Numbered from the whole stretch's first letter, positions 1-12,973 are shown. The stretch: 63,215 nt of DNA, filler included, from Sluysia triapertura (GCA_046118255.1; 5 parts of 5 records of this genome joined end to end with filler, not necessarily neighbours in it), one strand, 5' to 3'. Program-made: numbers and translations. Notes: generated by a model from the letters alone, not told the origin.

Positions 1-936
1 CACACTCGTTTGTTTACATTGCTTTCCTTTCACCCTATTACTTTATGTCTAGAAATATTTCAAGAAAAGACAGAAAGATCGTGTAGTTAAAAAGATAGTA
101 AAGAATTTATGCATTGTATTTTTATTTATTATTATTATTATTATCTTATTATTACTTCTAATCATTTTATTATTATCACATTATTATCATTTTATTATTA
201 TATATTTATATATTTGACTTTGTCATCTTTGTATTATTGTTAATTATTGTTGTTATTATTGTGTACTATTATCATTATTCATATTTACCATGTAATGACT
301 ATTACGTAATAGTCATGATTACGTTGAAAATCAAGCATCAATTTTCTGCCTGTCACCTATCTATATCACCCAATCAGATGAACAGCAGTAAAGAATACAA
401 CCAACAAAATATTCATATCTGATTGGGTGAACCAATAAAAGTACAAAATTTTATAAAACTGTTCATTTCCCATCTTAATGTGAATGTAAAACTCATCTTG
501 TTTTTCAATTGGACGAATACAGAACATGAGTGTGTGCAGAATTGGTCATTCCTATATCTCGATTTGACGATTTTCTATCCAAAATATTAGATGGAATATT
601 TTGAATTTTTGCATATTAGTTAAAAAATTAATAATTGGTTAAAGTTAAAAAATAAATCAATTAAAACAGACTGTGAAAAAGATAGAGAAAAACAGCAAAA
701 ATTGAGAGGTTGAAAATAGATCAGTTAGACAGTCGTTAAAAAAAAGTAATACAAAATTTATTATTTTGGCAGCCGTTATTTTTTGATTAATAGTTCACAA
801 AATTTGAAATCGTGAACAATTAAATATCAGCAAATAAACCAGCCAGAAATAGAAACACTACAATAATTGCTTGAAGAAAAGATTACGAATTAAAAAATTA
901 ATAAAAGCAGTGTAAACCATTGTGAAAAGTCGAGAT

Positions 937-1296
937 TAAAAAGCTTCGATGATATGAATCTTAAAGACAATTCATTTAGAGTGATCAATCCAATATCTAT
1001 GCCGAAACGAACCGATTTAGAAACAGATTATGATAAAGACACTAAAAGCTTCGATGATATGAATCTTGAAGACAATTTATTTAGAGTGATCAATTCAATG
1101 TCTATGCCGAAACGAGCCGATTTAGAAACAGATTATGATAAAGACACTAAAAGCTTCGATGATATGAATCTCAAAGACGATTTACTTAGAGTGGTCAATT
1201 TAGTATCCATGGTGAAACGAACAGATTTAGAAACAGATTATGATAAAGACACTAAAAGCTTTGATGATACGAATCCTAAAGATGATTTACTTAGAG
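937..1296 (+). repeat. 105-bp (35-codon) tandem repeat, ~3.4 copies, of the eIF4A 5' end
   Basis: Equivalent codons at 954, 1059, 1164 and 1269 (period 105); unit KSFDDMNLxDxxxRVxNxxSMxKRxDLETDYDKDT. Confidence 0.95.
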
Positions 1297-1623
1297 ACAT
1301 ATATACATATGGTTCTAAAAGGCCCTCGGTAATTCAACAAATAGCTATGTTCCCTTCTATTGTAAGTAAAGTTGTTATGGCACAAGGTCAATCAGTTATT
1401 GGTAAAACTTCTACATTCAATGTGTCCACTTTACAGCGAATCGATGTAACAAAAAATGAGTTCTCTGTATTAGTTGTGGCGTCGATGAAAGATGACTATA
1501 TGGCAGCAAAATCCTATGAACGCATTAGAGGTACTAAAATGCAGGAAGATGTTGGAAGTCTAGAACGCGGAATTCGCGTCATTGTTGGAACCTCTGGTAC
1601 AGTTAAACATATGATCGAAAGAA
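954..1623 (+). pseudogene. EIF4A: Degenerate, truncated eIF4A (DEAD-box helicase) N-terminal fragment
   Basis: Translation SFDDTNPKDDLLRDIYTYGSKRPSVIQQIAM..AQGQSVIGKT..LQRIDVTKNE..VIVGTSGTVKHMIER parallels eIF4A [52 protein letters not shown].R. Motif Ia (PTRELA) is deleted, Walker A is damaged and no DEAD box follows. The rest of ORF 954-1997 is non-homologous read-through. Confidence 0.85.
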
Positions 1624-2079
1624 GTAATAAAATTAATTTTATTTATCTACTTAAATATCATGACTATCATATCTGTATTATCTTTATTAATTATAATTTT
1701 AGTACAATATACGACAAATCTGGAACCGTGAAGATAGAAACACAAAAGGGAGCAATTTCCGAGGATGCATTGTGTTATGTTGAAAAATTAAAGTTCATAA
1801 TAAACGTTCCTCGTATAACCTTTTGTCCTTGTTGTACATTTATAACCTATAAAATAAATCATCAATATTTTCAGAGATTTTGTTATTTTTTTAAGATGCC
1901 CTGGTATGACAGGTTAATAACGAATAAACATAAGACAGATAATTATCTAAAACCAACAAAATGTCCTGAGGAATTAAAATGTCTCAAACTATTATAATAT
2001 AATGTAAAAATAAATAAAATTACTTATAATCTCAAACAATTAACGCCCTCCATAGAGCGCCAAAACACATTAACAACCA

Positions 2080-3312
2080 CACTACTTTTCTACATTTGTA
2101 TGTATATAAAACTTCACCCATCAATCTACCAAATACTTCTTCTTCTAATGGAAGTAATAGTGTTACTAAATCTGGGTTTGTTATTGCTTTTGCTAATTTA
2201 GTTCTTAGTATTTCTTTATTTAGTTGACAATCTCTAGCTATCATGGCTTGATAAACTTTTTCCAATGATATAAGTCCTAAATGATTAAAAATCAATTTTA
2301 TTATTAAAATATGTATTTAATTGTAAATTTTTTGTAACTATTCCTTTATTGGTTTGTAGTATTATCTTTTCTGATAAATATACTCCTTGATAATTTGTTT
2401 CAGTAATTTCTTGTCCGCATCTGATGACTAATTTTTTTGACACGAATATTAGTCTATCTTCTTCTTTGTTTGCCATTAAAATAGTTGGAGTTTCTATTTC
2501 ATTGAGTCTTTTTCTTTCTGGTATATCTAAATTATCTTTATAAATTTGTTTTTTATTTATTTCTTCTACAGCTAATACATAAATCCCGAAATTAGATGAA
2601 ATTTAATTTGTTTCAAGAATGGACATTGAAAATTTTCCAATTCATATATTAATATAGATTCACCGGTATCATAACTTGTTTGATTACTTTTAAAATATGG
2701 TCTAGACATCATAGTACCTTTTTCTAAGTTAAAACTTTCATTAAAAGATTTTAAACTTACTACATAAATTCCCTGAGCTACAACATTATGGTAAATTTTT
2801 CCTTCGTATTATATTGAACCTCTTTCGCAAGTACCATCCATTAATACGTTACCAACGGTTCTAACATTATAAATATTTTCTAATTATTTTTAATTTTTAA
2901 TTTGTCTCCTTTGTTTAAACTTATGTATCCAGTTTCAAAAGCGTCACGACAATTGTTTGGTAATATCTTGAATGGTTTTAATATATTCGATGTATCAATA
3001 ATCTTAAGAGTGATTGTGATGTCCGCAATACCAAATAACTACAGATCATTTTACTAAGCATTCTCTAACCAGTGTTGTAACCAAATTTCCTTCTTGATAA
3101 ACATTTAACACTTTCATGTCTTATATTTTGACTCTATTTGGTCTTGATTCGGGACAATCTTCACTGTCCAATAAAAAAAACTTTTTTCCAATTTGGGGTT
3201 GGCTACAGTCAAAAGCCTTTATAGCATTGGTTTTATGAATTCCAAATAATGCTAGCAAAACAATTATAAATAACATATTATTTATTGAAGTTCCAAAATG
3301 TGGAAATTTCAT
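2080..3312 (-). pseudogene. Chuvirus-like glycoprotein (env-like), with stops and frameshifts, 3'-truncated
   Basis: Signal peptide, then IKAFDC..LLDSEDC, VRECLVK*SVVIWYCGHHNHS, CRDAFETG, GNVLMDGTCERG..YHNVVAQG and DCQLNKEILRTKLAKAITNPD..GEVLYTYKCRKV. These follow in order the motifs of chuviral-type glycoproteins (AYDC, CGMHSH, C..xH.TG, DG.C.G...NVVVQ, C.LE..VL...L.LA...PD, GEV.H..KC..V). Confidence 0.8.
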
Positions 3313-5289
3313 TTGAATTTCCCTTATAATTAATTAATTTTGATATCATGTTAAGCGGTTCATTTAAATCATTCTTTTCTTTTTTCTTTTTCTTTAATAA
3401 CATTTTAATAATATTTTCTTTAATAATAATATAATAATAATTTATTTAATAATATTTTTCAATCAAGGCACTTAATTTCTTGTCAACAAAGTTTATGACT
3501 TTATCTTTTCTTTGGTTAAAATGGCAGCTTTATTACATTGAAATATTATACAAGCCATTATTATTTCAAGTCTTTCTTTATTAATTCCTGCGTTAATTTG
3601 TTTGTTAATTATATTTTTATATTTACCATTGTTTATGAAATCACTTATGTCCGTATTCTTATATTTTTCCTCCATTATTTTAATTATCTTAGATAATACA
3701 TTTTTATATTCTTTTAATTCAGGTAATAATATCTTATATTTATCAAAGTTAGAAAATTTATTAGGTAGTAATGCGTAAATTATATTCTTAGTAGTTAAAG
3801 TTTCTTCTACATTCTTATAAGTAATTTTTGTTAAATCAATAGGTTTTCTATGTATTGAGGTTGGAATTATTGTTTCAGCATCATTTTCTTTATTTTTTCT
3901 GGGTCTACCTTGTCTTCTTTTAAAAGTATTTGTTTCTTTATTTGTTTAAGTCTACTATATAATCAGGTTTTTCTTCAGTGTAATCATCATTATCATTAGT
4001 AATATCTATAACTTTATTTTCATTATAATTATCTTCCATTAATTCTCTATCTAAATCAATATTATTATCATCATTTATTAATTCATCTAATTTTCTTAAA
4101 TAATCTAAAGGCTTCGTTTATGCCACTGATGCTTCCTCATGGTTTCCATTCATTTATATAATCATTAGGTGATAATTTTCTATCATAAAAATACAAATCG
4201 ACATCAGTTATAGTAGAGTCATTTGACTTGAGTAATTCTATAATATCTTTTGCAATTGAAGTTACTGGAAGTTCCATAGTAATATTCAGGTCATTATTAA
4301 TAATTATACTTATTTTCATTAATTCTTTAGGGTTATCTTTTCTTTCTTTTTGTCTTATTTTCCTTAATAATTTTCTTGCTTTAGTCTTGTATAAACTATC
4401 TCCCATACTTAGAATAGATAATATTAATTTAATATCGTATCCATTTTGTATACTTGATTCTAAATTCAATAAAAGATTTAAATTTTCATTCAAATCTTTG
4501 ACATTTGCCATATTTGATAAAAATTTCTCAACCTTTTGATTAGTTTCTTTAATTCTTATTTCTTATTTATTTCTTATTTATTCTTAATAGCTATCTTCTC
4601 ATTAGCAGTTATTATTATTGATTCCATTTGCTCTATTCCCATTTCTTCTGTGGCACTGTAATACGCATCTTCTTCATCTATCTCGATTTCTTCTGCTTGT
4701 TCTTCATCGTCAGTTTCTTTATTATTAATAATATTATCTATATCTGTTTCTACTTCTTGATCATCACATTATTCATTATTTGATTGTTTTTCTTCTTGAT
4801 TTGATTCTTCTTCTGTTGAACTTGATTCTGTATTTGATTCTTCTTCTATTTCATCATTACTTTCTTTTGATTCAGAATCTATTTCTTTTTCAATTATCTT
4901 ATTTGATTCAGATTTCTTTGTCTTTTTTTCCAATTTATCAATTATTTCTTCAATTCTTTTTCTTTTATCTTCATTTGAAATCAATTCTTTTATCTCTTTT
5001 ATTTGTTCAATACTTTCTTCCAAAGTTGTTCTAATAATTCTCGAATTCTAACCTGAATTGTTTGAATTGTTAATCTATTTTATTTTTTTCTCGTTATTCC
5101 CTTCTCTCTTTATCCTTATGGAATTCCAAATATCTATCATGCATATAACTCATAAAGATTTCTTCTTGTTGTTTATTCTTAAATCTATTTTCATCATAAT
5201 TTAATCCAGTGATATAGAATTCTCATAGCATTGCATTCTTTTCTTCATCAGTAATTAACTTAAGATATTTATCATCTTCTTCATCGCCA

Positions 5290-6220
5290 CTCATTCTCTT
5301 CTTCTTGGTTGTCTTCTACTCTTATTTCTTTTTGCACGATACTGATATTCTTCATCTTCATATTCATCTCTATTGTTTCCATAATCTTTTTGAATTCTAT
5401 AGTTAAAATTCACCTGTCCCTTATTCTTATTGTTATTATTATCATTAAACCTTACTTTCATATTAGGGCTTTGGTATCTTTGTTGATATTGGCCCATTAC
5501 CTTAGTAAAATCTTGGATAAATACATTTTGTCTTAATTTCGTACAATCCCTTGAATGTCCTTTTTATTACACTTGTCACAGATTATTTCTCCCTCTATAT
5601 TAGTTTGAGTCTTATTATTATTTTCGTATCTTATTGAACTATTAATCCTATTCATATTAAAATTAGAACTTGGTGGCCATCTCGGTGCTGGTCTTTGTTC
5701 ATAATTAGAAGTACCATAATTACTTGTTCTATTGCTTTGGAATCCTCTATCTCTATTATTTCCTTTGTAATTATAATTACTGAGTTACCCCTTTAATTGC
5801 TTGAATTACTTTTGTAATTATTTGAGTTGCTTCTATAATTATTTGAATTACTTATAAAATTATTTCTATAATTATTTGAATTCGAACTATCATTGCCTCT
5901 ACGTCATTATATTCTTCATAATTCACAGAATTAAATTTGTTATCATCATAACTATTTATTTTTCTTAATTTCGGACTTTTATCTCCTTTTTCTTCATTGT
6001 CACTTATATAATCAATATTATTCTTATTCTTTTTATATTTATAGGAACGTTCTATATTTCTTAATTACTTCTTTAAAAGGTTTTCCTTCTATGAAGGTAA
6101 CATACGTTATTAATTCTGGTCGTAACCTAGTTTTTAATTTATCTATTAATGTTATTTCTTTTTTTATCTTCAGGGATTTTAGCTCTAGAAACAAGGCTTT
6201 TAAGAGCACAAGCATATCAA
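5290..6220 (-). pseudogene. gag-like remnant (capsid C-terminal domain, N/S/R-rich linker, CCHC zinc knuckle)
   Basis: Manual minus-strand translation; the knuckle needs one frameshift in an A-run; multiple stops. Confidence 0.6.
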
Positions 6221-7469
6221 GATCTAAGAAATCCGTACAACTTCTGAGAATTTAAGAAAAATTATTGTGAAAATGATTAACTATTTATATTTGTTTCAGA
6301 TCGACCTTGGCTTTTTTAAATTTTAAATTTAAATATTAAATTCAAACAAATAAAAATATTAAATTAAATTTAAATATAATATTTACATTTAAACTGAAAT
6401 TAAATTTTAAAAATATTAAATATTACCTATATTTAAAATTTTGAATTATTTCACGACAATCAATAATAATAATTGTAATAATTCCAAAATTAATAAATGT
6501 GAATTCAAATAATTATTGTTAATAATAAAATAATAATTGTAAACATCAATAATCATAATATACACTACACACAAATCGCATAATAGTCAGAATCATAAAA
6601 TCAATAATTTATTTACAAATAGTTAGTATGTACAGTTATTTACAATCTAAAGTTTGATTTAACGTTTTCGTCTAAGGTTTGTATAATTGAATTAAAATTT
6701 TCTATCTGAAGATTGAATTAGCATTTCGTATCTAAGGTTTGTATAATTGATTTAACTTTTTTGTGTAATTGACTTAATATTTGGTGTCTTTTAATAAATA
6801 ATTATAACACTAAAGTTTGTGTTTTTTGATATCATTAACATTTTGTGTTTGATAAATTTTTGAATAAAATAATATTTGAATTAACACTTTGTATCCTTTT
6901 AAATAGTGATTATACCTCACCTACTCTCTAACTATAATAAATTCTCCATCAAGAAAATTCAATAAGTATCTAGATCTAGGAAACAGGTAGAATCAAGAAT
7001 AAGTATAAACATAAACCTCCAGTTCTTATCTTTCTTTTCTTAAGCTGCGAATCTATGTGATTGCCCTTCAGTGGGTAAGTTCAGTATCATAGAGAACTTA
7101 CGTTAAGAATAAGGCATTTAATTCCAATCAAATATCTATCTTTAATCACACCAAATCACAACAATACATTTGTTAATAATTTTTATTTTACTTTCTTATT
7201 TTGTTATTTAATTTTCTTTTGTTAAAAAAATAAAGTAAAAGATTAAAGAACAACGATACGTACAATTTAAGATAAATTATAAGGTAATCATTGAGGTAAG
7301 AATGAACACCACTAAAACAATTTCAAACTTAAATTTATATTTAAGCGATTGTTAAATTTAACGAGTAAGTTAAATCCGCTAATTAATTGCATCAAGAAGT
7401 TAAGGACTCTTTGACATCTTGTGAGTACGTCACGAGCGGACCCAGACTAATTAATAATCGTTTCAGTAA

Positions 7470-8160
7470 TAGTATAAAATCTGAACAGAATTCTTTAAAA
7501 CAACAAGGTTTCTCCGATCTGCCTATCACTAAAGGCTTTAACTTTTCTCCTAATATATTTACTCCCAAGAATATAGTAATTCGATCTTTAGGAAACCTAC
7601 CATTTGTCTTATCCTCTTTAGAAATTGTACATGTTCTGTTTAATAAACAGAATAGTCCGGTTTCGTCACAATTATAAACATTTCTATTCTCATATTCTTT
7701 TAATTTTGATATATGCAATCCCTTAAAATTAGGAATATACCTTTCATCCATGGTTTTTGATTCCCAAATAATTCTTTTGGACGATATCATATGCCTGGAA
7801 AGAAAAGAATTAAGTCGACAGCTTGATGCTTTAAAATCATGATTTCATAAGTGCTGTGCTAATTCTAATACATTCTGTTGCAATATATCAACACTGATAC
7901 TCTGATATTTGTTCACTGAATCTGGAACAATTCATACAGGATGGCATCTACTTTATATTCACTACGTAAATGTGTTTTCTTTTCTGTTTGGTATTCAAGT
8001 TTGACTTCGAAATGGAGTCTCTATATTTCATAAGATTATTTACACAACCTAATGAAAGATTTTATTTTGATGAAAGAAAGCATTGAGAACAACCTTTATC
8101 TTCAACAAATAATTTTAACAATTTCTGTTTCTCTTAGATTTGTATTTTTCATGATCATAA
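7470..8160 (-). mobile_element. pogo/Tigger transposase remnant
   Basis: NVYNCDETGLF..KDRITIFLGVNILGEKLKPLVIGRSEKPCCFK is the pogo DDE_1 signature; a degenerate CENP-B-type HTH (HDFKAS..) lies upstream. Confidence 0.9.
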
Positions 8161-8647
8161 AAGACAGTTAAAATGAATATTTAAACAAAACATATGGAGA
8201 AATTATTAATTTATTTATTAGTTCATATCATAAAACCATACGGTTTTCAATAATTTTTGACTTAAATGTTCATATTGAACAGAGTTAACCCTATTTCAAA
8301 TTAAAAGCTTTAAATGATGAATGAATAAAAATATATACAATATTATAGTATACATTATATAAAATATATGAATTATTTACTTAATATCTTAAGTAAAATA
8401 AATTCCACAAAATATTTTCTAATTAATTTTTGATTGGTTAAGCACTTAATACAACTTTCATTCAACATACGACCAAGTATTGACAAAGTAGTAATATCAG
8501 TGAAATTGATCGTACATTTGTAACTCATATTTCACATTTCTTGCAATTTTTGTCAATCATATTAAGAATAAAATTTATACTAATCAATCTTTATTAATGC
8601 AATTAAATTTTTTATTATTAAATCAGTAGTAAAATAATATTATTCAA

Positions 8648-9027
8648 ATGGTTGGATTAGAAAATCAAAGAATTCGTTCGAAACGTAGTTCCAGTATTCC
8701 TTGTATAAACAGTTCATTGTTATCTACTTCGAGACGTAACAGTGGGACAACACAAGAAGTTTCAGAATGGAAAAATCATTACTTCGTTCATAAAGAATTA
8801 GGCAGAGGTCATTTTGCTAAAGTGTATCATGTTATTCATTCACTTTCGAGACAACATTGTGCTGCTAAAGTAATTCGTCGACGTCGAGCTGGTACGGATC
8901 GTATTGAAAGTATTCGGGAAGAAATTCGAATAATGAAGAAAGTCTGGGATGAAGGATGTTGTACGAGTGTAGTTAAAGTATATGAAGTGTATGAATCAGT
9001 CATTGATATTGGGATCATCATGGAACT
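8648..9027 (+). CDS. STK17: STK17/DRAK-like (DAPK family) Ser/Thr kinase, first coding exon only
   Basis: ELGRGHFAKV..CAAKVIRRRRAGTDRIESIREEI..VVKVYEVYES..IIMEL resembles STK17 ELGRGKFAVV..AAKFMRKRRKGQD..IIHEI..LHEVYET..LVLEY. Ends at a phase-2 GTAAG donor (9028). Later exons not found before the linker. Confidence 0.8.
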
Positions 9028-10679
9028 GTAAGCGTTTTCTAAATTTGGCATTTAAAGATTATTTTTAAAATTAATAATTAATTTGAAGGCATTATCTTTT
9101 GAAATTACAATTAAACGTTATTTATTTATTATCAAAAATTTTTAAATATTAATTATCTAATTCTAAGGTTATATTAATGAAAAATTCATGATATCATTTC
9201 AGATATCGATTATTTAAATATTAATGTAATAACTAATTATTTATTTGCAATACTAATACTAATAATGATAGTTTGATTTAAAAGTTTTGATTTCTGAAAT
9301 TAATCAATGTATTTAACCATTTAACAGTGCAATTTATTTTATTATTAACTTTTTCGAAAACTATTTTTATAATAATATATTAATTTTCATTGCTAAGCGC
9401 TTAAAATAAATACAGCATTATCGATTATAAAGAAACTTGTCTTTAAATCTTCAGTAATTTGATATTTTCAAACAGAAACGGCACACAATGTAATCTTTGT
9501 TGCTACAGTGAATTCTGTATAAAAACATTCATCTTGTAAATACTCATAATTTTGGCATTTTTCTTTTATATAATAAAGTGCCTATTTGTCAAACTTTAAA
9601 ACATGCTAATAGATTTTGACTAAAAATTCGACGTTTTGTTTATTTTGCTTCAACTTCGAACCAAACTAAATACGACTTTAAAAAATAATATAAAATTAAA
9701 TTAAATTAAATTATTACAAATTCAGCCAAATATTTGACAATTACTAAGCCAGGTACAAATATTGTGTCAAATTTTATTGGTTAAATGATGTATTAAGAGA
9801 CAGAAATAATTTATCTGTGTATGTGTTGGTGTGTGCAAGGTTTGTGATTGCACAATTTGCAAATTGTGTTAATGCATTTTTACAGCAGGCATTATTTCAT
9901 GCTGACTCATTAATTTTTAATTTAGCCTAGATTTTTGTGTTAAAAGTACAACAAGAAATATTTCGTAAAAATTTAATCGATTTTATCATAATTTTAAAAT
10001 CTATTTAGATAAAGAAATTTGTTTCGTATAAATAATCGATAATATTAAATATAACAGTTTTTCGTAAGTTTTTATTATTGATCATTTTTATTTTAATTGT
10101 TATCATCATAAAAATTAAAATTAAAAATTGCATTTAAATAAATTACAAAAATAATTAATTAATTAATCGAAAAATGATATATATATATTTATAAAATTAA
10201 TACGTGATCGTTGTTGAATCTTTCTGAATTTCCCATGTATATGTATAATTTAAACACATTTTTACTGGACACTTTGTTTATTTCTTTTTTTTCATTTTGG
10301 TAAGTATATAAACAACAACAAAGATAATATTAATTAAGCGATTTGATTTCTTGTTTATTTTATTTTATTTTCTGTGATATTTCATTAGCTGTTGCTGAAC
10401 CAGAGCTTCCTTGACACGAATTCTGTAAGACCGACTTGGGTGTAGACTTTTCTACAGGATTTTCGCTTAGAATAAAATGATAATTGATTTTATAAAGATT
10501 TGATCTATTGAATGAAAAGGCAATAAAAGACTAATGAATATTTTTATCCCAAGTATATATATAATATATAACTATTTTAATTGTGGATTTGATTCTGATT
10601 TTAATAATATATGTAATATTTAATATTAATATAAGTTAATACTGATGACATTAATATTATTTTGTTAGATTATTCTATG

Positions 10680-11300
10680 ATTCGCGAGCCCCTTGTTCTT
10701 GAAAAACATATTTAATGTATGTTATCCTGAATCGTGGAATAAGGAAGAAGTTATGTCTCCATAGTCAGAAGGAGAAAAGAGAATAAGAACTGTGAATTTT
10801 ATTTTGAAAAATGAGATTAAAATAAATGGTTTTAGAGATTTAGTAGAAAATTACAAATCGAAATTCCCAATCGCGCAGTTAGCAGCGCTGAAGCTGAACG
10901 AGCTTTTAGTTACATGAATAATATCGTTACAATGAAAAGATCTTCTCTCACTGTTAAACACGTTTCAGATTTTATGACGATCTGCTTTAATGGGAAATAT
11001 TTGGAAGAATTTAACCCTAGCCTTTTTAAACTCGTTTTGAAAAATCACTGCTCGGCTCTGAATAAATCTAAAAGATCACAGACAGCTTCTGGCAAAGTTG
11101 TAAATCTTTTCTTGTAGTAGTACTTTTTTACAAATGGTATATTTTTTCTTTATTTTATTCTATTGTATTGTTTGTTCTATTTCTTATTAATATAATATTG
11201 TTGTCTTTTGTATTATTTTGTTTTTTTATGTCCGTCGGAGTGACACATTGCTAGAGTACCAGTTCATACGATTCTCGAGGAAAAAAAGAGCCAGTCCCCA
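10680..11300 (+). mobile_element. hAT transposase C-terminal dimerisation-domain remnant (ZNF862/KIAA1586-like)
   Basis: SAEAERAFSYMNNIVTMKRSSLTVKHVSDFMTICFNG..LEEFNP matches the hAT dimerisation motif (AExERxFSxMN.I.T..R..L); frameshifted. Confidence 0.8.
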
Positions 11301-11597
11301 CTATCTATCTCAAACGATCATATATTTATATTTCCAATAAAAAGTACCGCCAGGAAAGAATATGTGATACCATCCAACAGATTTGCGAGTTCTTTAGAGA
11401 AACATTTATGATTTAGCATATTTCCAAGGTAGTATCTCTCATATTAACGAATTTTTGAAAACGTGAACTTGTTAATTTATTTGTTTGTTAATAAATAAAT
11501 AATCTTATTTATTTAATCTTATTTATTTACAGCATGTTCACTTTGAGACAGTTTCTTCAAGTAGAACGGACAAAAATAATAACTATTCAACAATGTG

Positions 11598-11967
11598 TTA
11601 AAAAGACAAATACTTACTGATTTTATTATTCAACTTCTGCTTCAAATGAGACAATTTCAAAGACTTAATATTCAAATTCGAATGGACTGTTGTCAGCGCT
11701 TGACGAGCACTTCGATAAACACCGCCCGCCCAATACAAATTCAGAATATCGAGTATGACAGCACAACCCAACCATACCATGTCGAACATGTAACCGTGAT
11801 CCATGTGCACCTTCTGGTGCTGCTCTCCGCCAAGGTCGTAGTACACCATTAACCAATAAGGCAAAATGATCCAGTTGCGGACAATGAAAAATATAGCGGC
11901 AAAAACTAAAGTGGAAAATGCCACTCGTTTGTGACTAGTAGTCAAGCCAGCTGTTAGGAAAAACCAT
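11598..11967 (-). CDS. TMEM56: TLC-domain membrane protein (TLCD4/TMEM56-like), terminal exon
   Basis: CAG acceptor, then (R)WFFLTAG..IFFIVRNWII..WLGCAVILDILNLYW, matching TMEM56 RWFF..VFFIVRI..WVISCVVLDVMNVMW; ends in TAA. Confidence 0.75.
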
Positions 11968-12021
11968 CTGGATTAATGTAATAACATTTGTATCGTTATT
12001 ATTTTAATTTATTGTTTAGCA

Positions 12022-12495
12022 CAGGGATCGGCAACGTTTTGGCTACGTGGGGCCGGATTGCGCCTTTTTGATAGAATGCTGTGCCGTTTAACAAATTCAT
12101 CACCCATGAACGGTTTCATAGCTTGCACGGGTACAAAATGATGTCTGCTTATCATCATCTCTCCTGGATTATCCAGTAATTTTGTTTTAAAATTTTCAAA
12201 ATAGTGGGTCATGTAATGGCGCCTGATATTTGTCACTTTATTCACAACAACCTTCTCAAGGCAAATAAGACATGTTGGGTTTCCATTTTGCTCGATAGAA
12301 AAATAATCAAACGTCCAAATATTTCGAAAAATTCGACACTCGCTATCCACTTTGCTGATCTTTGAATTCATGGGTTAATTTTGATGAATATTAAAACACT
12401 TTTTATTTACTAAATTTATTATCGTTATTTAACATGTGGTCATGCGCCAGTCAAATATTTTCATAAGCTTGTCAAAATCCTTTCGCGGGCCGAAT
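12022..12495 (-). mobile_element. Internally deleted hAT (SPIN/Charlie/Buster-type) element
   Basis: SKVDSECRIFRNIWTFDYF..PTCLICLEKV...NIRRHYMTH is the zinc-finger N-terminus of SPIN/GTF2IRD2-like transposases; CAGGGATCGGCAAC terminus at 12022; GGGCCG subterminal motifs at both ends. Confidence 0.85.
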
Positions 12496-12973
12496 CTTTT
12501 ATTATTTGACTATGTGTTTTTGTCTTGAAATTTACAAAGACATATTCGTTGAAGGGCAGAGACATTTTGTTTATTCGACACAATATTTTCGAATCCATTT
12601 AGTTATTTTTGGGAAATCATGATACTCATAATCAACGCTTTACATCCTCAGGAAATATGGTGTTATAAATGCTAACTTGAAGTGGTTTGTTTATTTACTA
12701 TTCAATTTGTGCTATAATTATTTGTAACGTTATCTTCTACAAATATCTACAATAGATTATTTTTATCCTCACTCATTATTTTTATAATCTATTTTCCCTG
12801 TAAACTGTGCGTGCACACACAAGGAAAACAGATGCACACAATTGTACAATGTCTGAGCACACGAAGAAAAAAACGTCAGCACACAAAAGTTTCGTACTGA
12901 GAAAAAAATACTGGTTCAATGTCAAAAACTTTATTTAAATATCAGTTTTGAGAATACCTTTGTCAATATCAAT

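Larger units (their letters stand above)
2080..6220 (-). mobile_element. Decayed, internally deleted Gypsy-like LTR retroelement with env (gag - acidic region - Ubl-like domain - AT-hook tail - glycoprotein)
   Basis: All parts are on the minus strand in gag-to-env order. Capsid-like YACALKSLVSRAKIPE..LIDKLKTRLRPEL (~6100-6220); frameshifted CCHC knuckle CDKCNK/KGHSRDC (~5540-5580); KRRQGRPRK (~3895-3922); glycoprotein 3312-2080. No protease, RT or RNase H motif seen. LTRs not identified. Confidence 0.7.

Noticed and set aside
937-1296. CRISPR-like array
   Set aside because: Whole units are similar with no unique spacers; it is a coding tandem duplication in a eukaryote.
4228-5536. Hydrophobic plus-strand ORFs (4228, 4780, 5309) and other antisense ORFs (7387, 8836, 11595, 46776, 55278)
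   Set aside because: Shadow frames opposite real or decayed coding sequence.
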